This document shows, in pieces, positions 60,522-64,000 of a stretch of DNA of 64,000 nt (its first letter is position 1; the number at the start of each line of letters is the position of its first letter). The notes beneath the pieces were generated by a model that worked only from the letters and a program-made list of their open reading frames with translations, was not told where the DNA came from and did not search any database. The position numbers were made by a program, and so were the translations under genes. Source of the stretch: Malacoraja senta (taxonomy: Eukaryota); assembly GCA_038087875.1 (NCBI GenBank), contig CM075993.1:10108001-10172000 (forward strand), in the 5' to 3' direction.

Positions 60522-61015
60522 TTTTTTTAAATTTATTTTTATTAGAAGCAATTGGACAAGGATAAAACGATCGACATCACAATTATACAATTATTGTACA
60601 GCTTCATTTTTAACCTTATAACCTAAAGTTTAAAAAAAAGAAAAAAGAAAAAAGGAAAACAAGGAAAGAAGAAAAGAGAAAATGAAGAGATAAAAATAGA
60701 AAAGAACAAGAAAATGACCCCTAAGCTACCAAAGCAGTGCAGAGGAAAGAAAAGGAAATAAGAAAAAAGATGGAGATATACCCCCCCCCCTCCCTCACCC
60801 CTCACCCCCCCCCCTCACCCCCCACCGCCCCCCCCACCCCCCACCCGTCATAGCATTGGATTTAGATTTAAATTTGTGTTTCACCATTCTGTTGTTGTAA
60901 GAACTCAGTAAAGGGTATCCATATTTTAAGAAATTGATCTGTTTTTTCCGCCAAGACAAGCCTAATGTTTTCCAAGTGAAGTGTCTTGGACATATCTGTA
61001 ATCCACATCTTCACT
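60522..61015 (-). mobile_element. L1 3' fragment with G-rich tract and poly(A)
   Basis: Homologous to L1 C-terminus (KMWITDMSKTLHLENIRL); a second tail copy at about 62170-62320. Confidence 0.8.
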
Positions 61016-61351
61016 GTCAGAGGAGGTAGTTGATGCAGGTTCTATAACAACATTTATATAGAGACTTTCCTGCTAATGAAAGTGTTTGATGGAGTAGACA
61101 TTGAGAGGACAATGCTCCTCGAGGAGATTACAACCAACCTCTTTTTATTTTTGGACAGGTACACGGATAGGATAGGTTTAGAAGGGTATGGGCCAAATGC
61201 AGGCAGATGGGATTAGTGAAGATGGGGCATCTTGGTTGGCCTGGGCAAGTTGGGCTGAAGGCCTGTTTTCCATGCTGTGCGACTCTATGACACAGCATGG
61301 AAACATATCAAACATAGGCATGCCACCATTTGTTCAGAGAAACTTCCTTTA

Positions 61352-61541
61352 ATCTGGTATGTTGTTGGTTCACATGTTTGATCAATGGTGTTTTATCATT
61401 AATGTCTTATTATTTTTAATGTTTAGTGTTTTCGGAGTCATTCGTAACTGTCACTGTATGTCATGTTGTTACTTGTGGGCGGAGCACCAAGGCAAATTCC
61501 TTGTATGTGAATACTTGGCCAATAAACTTACTTACTTACTT
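61352..61541 (+). mobile_element. LINE 3' UTR fragment with AATAAA and (CTTA)n tail (copy 2)
   Basis: Near-identical to 41400-41586. Confidence 0.7.
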
Positions 61542-61614
61542 TCAATCGATACATCTAATGAGATCAATTATTACATTTACCAGTTTGGTGCAAGTTTCCG
61601 TTAAATCATCTATG

Positions 61615-61791
61615 TTTAAGAAGGAACTGCAGATGCTGGAAAAATCGAAGGTAGACAAAAATGATGGAGAAACTCAGCGGGTGAGGCAGCATTATGGTGA
61701 CGTTTCGGGTCGAGACACGAAACGTCACCTATTCCTTCGCTCCATAGATGCTGCCTCACCCGCTGAGTTTCTCCAGCATTTTTGTCTACCT
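61615..61791. mobile_element. Penelope-derived fold-back, subfamily B
   Basis: 14-bp TSD ttaaatc(a/c)tctatg at 61601-61614 and 61792-61805. Confidence 0.85.
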
Positions 61792-62676
61792 TTAAATCCT
61801 CTATGCTACTTCATCAGCCACACCTTGTGGTAAAGAATTCCACATTCAGGGTGAACAGTTACTGCTAAGCTTGACTGGAAATTAATTTCGCAGCTGCCTG
61901 AGAGAGGTTGGCTGTAATCACCTCGAATAGCATTGTCCTCTCCATGTCTACTCCATCAAACACTTTCATTAGCAGGAACGTCTCTGCATTAGAACACTCA
62001 GGACATCAGTCATTTCTTTCAAGTCCTTTAATCCATCTTCATTTTGGAATATATAAGCGCTCGCTGTAACTGACCTGTAAGGAACTGTAAGGGGGGGACG
62101 GTGTCCACGCTGGCCACACACTCATTTCACCCCAGCCATCATTTATGATATTGTTCACAGTGTACTATGTTTTTTTAAATTATTTTTAATTAATTTTATT
62201 AGAAGCAATTGTACAAGAATAAGACGATCGACATAGCAGTTATACAATTATTGTACAGTTTCATTTTTAACCTTATCCCCTAAATCAAAAAAAAAGAAAA
62301 AAGAGAAAAAAAGAAAAAAAGTGTACTATACTATAAGTGTAATAACATTATATAATTTGTTACGCTGCAGCAAGTAAGAATTTCATTGTTCCATCTGGGA
62401 CATATGACAATAAAACACTCTTGACTCTTATTGCCGTTTGTCCGCTATAACCAAGCGGGGGAGGGTGGGGACAAATGCTAACCAGTTTAACCCAAGGGCC
62501 AGGTGGGAAGAAAGGGGGTGTCATGGATGTTAAACAAGGGGGAATTCACAGGCTGGGGAACCACAGAGTCCCGGCCCCACAGACCCGGTAATCACTCTGT
62601 GTTCATGCTGGAAGCTCCCGCCTCGTGGTACCAACTCACTGGGTAACCTGGTGGAAGTGGGGACGGGGCAGTGTAT

Positions 62677-63178
62677 AATAGACAATAGGTGCAGGAGCAG
62701 GCCATTTGGCCCTTCGAGCCAGCACTGCCATTCAATGTGATCATGGCTGATCATCCCCAATCAGTACCCCGTTCCTGCCTTCTCCCTGTATCCCCTGACT
62801 CCGTTATTTTTAAGAGCCCTATCTAGCTCTTTCTTGAAAGCATCCAGAGAACCTGCCTCCACCGCCCTCTGAGGCAGAGAATTCCACAGACTCACCACTC
62901 TCTGTGAGAAAAGGTGTTTCCTCGTCTCCGTTCTAAATGCCTTACTCCTTATTCTTAAACTGTGGCCCCTGGTTCTGGACTCCCCCAACATGTTTCCTGC
63001 CTCTAGCGTGTCCAAGCCCTTAACAATCTTATATGTTTCAATGAGATATCCTCTCATCCTTCTAAACTCCAGAGTATACAAGCCCAGCTGCTCCATTCTC
63101 TCAGCATATGACAGTCCCGCCATCCCAGGAATTAACTCTGTAAACCTACGTTGCACTCCCTCAATAGCAAGAATGTCC
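62677..63178 (-). mobile_element. CR1 LINE 3' fragment
   Basis: QRRFTELIPGMAGLSYAERMEQLGLYTLEFRRMRG. Confidence 0.9.
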
Positions 63179-63439
63179 TGGGAGAATGTAATGGGAGCCT
63201 GGCGCCGTTACCAGGTGACCGCGGCTGGCATTGACAGGGCGGCGCAGGTGTAGTGGCGCACACTGAGTCTACATCCAACCCCCATCCCCGGACCTCACTT
63301 TGTAGCAACCGCTGCACGCCCGTACCCAACGCTACACTTCTTCTCCCCGTCTCTGCCTTCCCACCGCGCTGCCTGCCGCCCGCCAACAGACAGCACCAAA
63401 CGACACCTCAGTCTGCCCTAACCACAATCTATTATATAG

Positions 63440-63620
63440 AAGATAGACACAAACAGCTGGAGCAACTCATCGGGACAGGCAGCATCTCTGGAGAGAAGGA
63501 ATGGATGACGTTTCGGGTCGAGACTCTTCTCTCAGAGATGCTGCCGGTCCCGCTGAGTTACTCCAGCCTTTTGTGTCTATCTTCAATTTAAAACAGCATC
63601 TGCAGTTCCTTCCTACACAA
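63440..63620. mobile_element. Penelope-derived fold-back, subfamily A
   Basis: Inverted arms. Confidence 0.8.
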
Positions 63621-64000
63621 ACATCCTTTGTCAGAAGTAGGGTTTTTCAACCCCTTTGACCTGAAATGTAAATTCTGTTTCTCTCCCCACAGACGCCACC
63701 TGACCTGCTGAGTATTTCCAGCATTTTTGTTTTAACTTATTAATACGATGCAGTTCACGTTGGCTGACAACTTAACTTTTAAAACTCTTAACTACAAAAC
63801 TGGGAATTCAGATAACAGGATAATTCAAAACTCAAGCAATTCCGCTTAAAAATACAGAAAGTACGATATCTCGGAATAAGCAATGTTTAATCCTTAGAGG
63901 GAACTACCAGATTAATGAAAGTGGAAACAAATACAACATAAATCTAATTGAAGAAAGCGCTTTCTAAGCGAGGTTCCTGCTCCAAATCAAAACAGAAAAC

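Overview
Eukaryotic (vertebrate) genomic DNA. The repeat content (HE1-type V-SINEs sharing a 3' tail with CR1/HER1-type LINEs) points to an elasmobranch, probably a skate or ray. Only one host exon is recognisable: the first coding exon of a death-associated protein kinase, most like DAPK2, on the minus strand (exon 59977-60125; (MKISG)MASFKQEKVEEFYEIGEELG-S). It is absent from the ORF track. Everything to its left is probably one very large intron, with two 200-N assembly gaps; I did not find the next kinase exon. The window is saturated with transposons: CR1, L1 (one young copy with an almost complete open ORF2 and a 29-bp TSD), Tx1, Rex1/Babar, L2, RTE, HE1 SINEs, PIF/Harbinger MITEs and one hAT MITE. 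The most notable system is a dense family of Penelope-like (GIY-YIG) elements. Their ~130-nt 3' arm carries a minimal hammerhead-ribozyme motif (CTGAAGA-stemII-GAAACGTC). They occur as dozens of short fold-back insertions with 14-16 bp TSDs. One ends in a ~590-bp tandem reiteration of its own terminal 15 nt, and another holds a 10x array of hammerhead 3' halves. Other notable features are a perfect DR5 retinoic-acid response element 90 bp into the intron, uORFs ahead of the kinase start, and several locally templated inverted insertions. All family assignments come from motif recognition by eye; no database searches were run, and TE boundaries are approximate unless a TSD is quoted.
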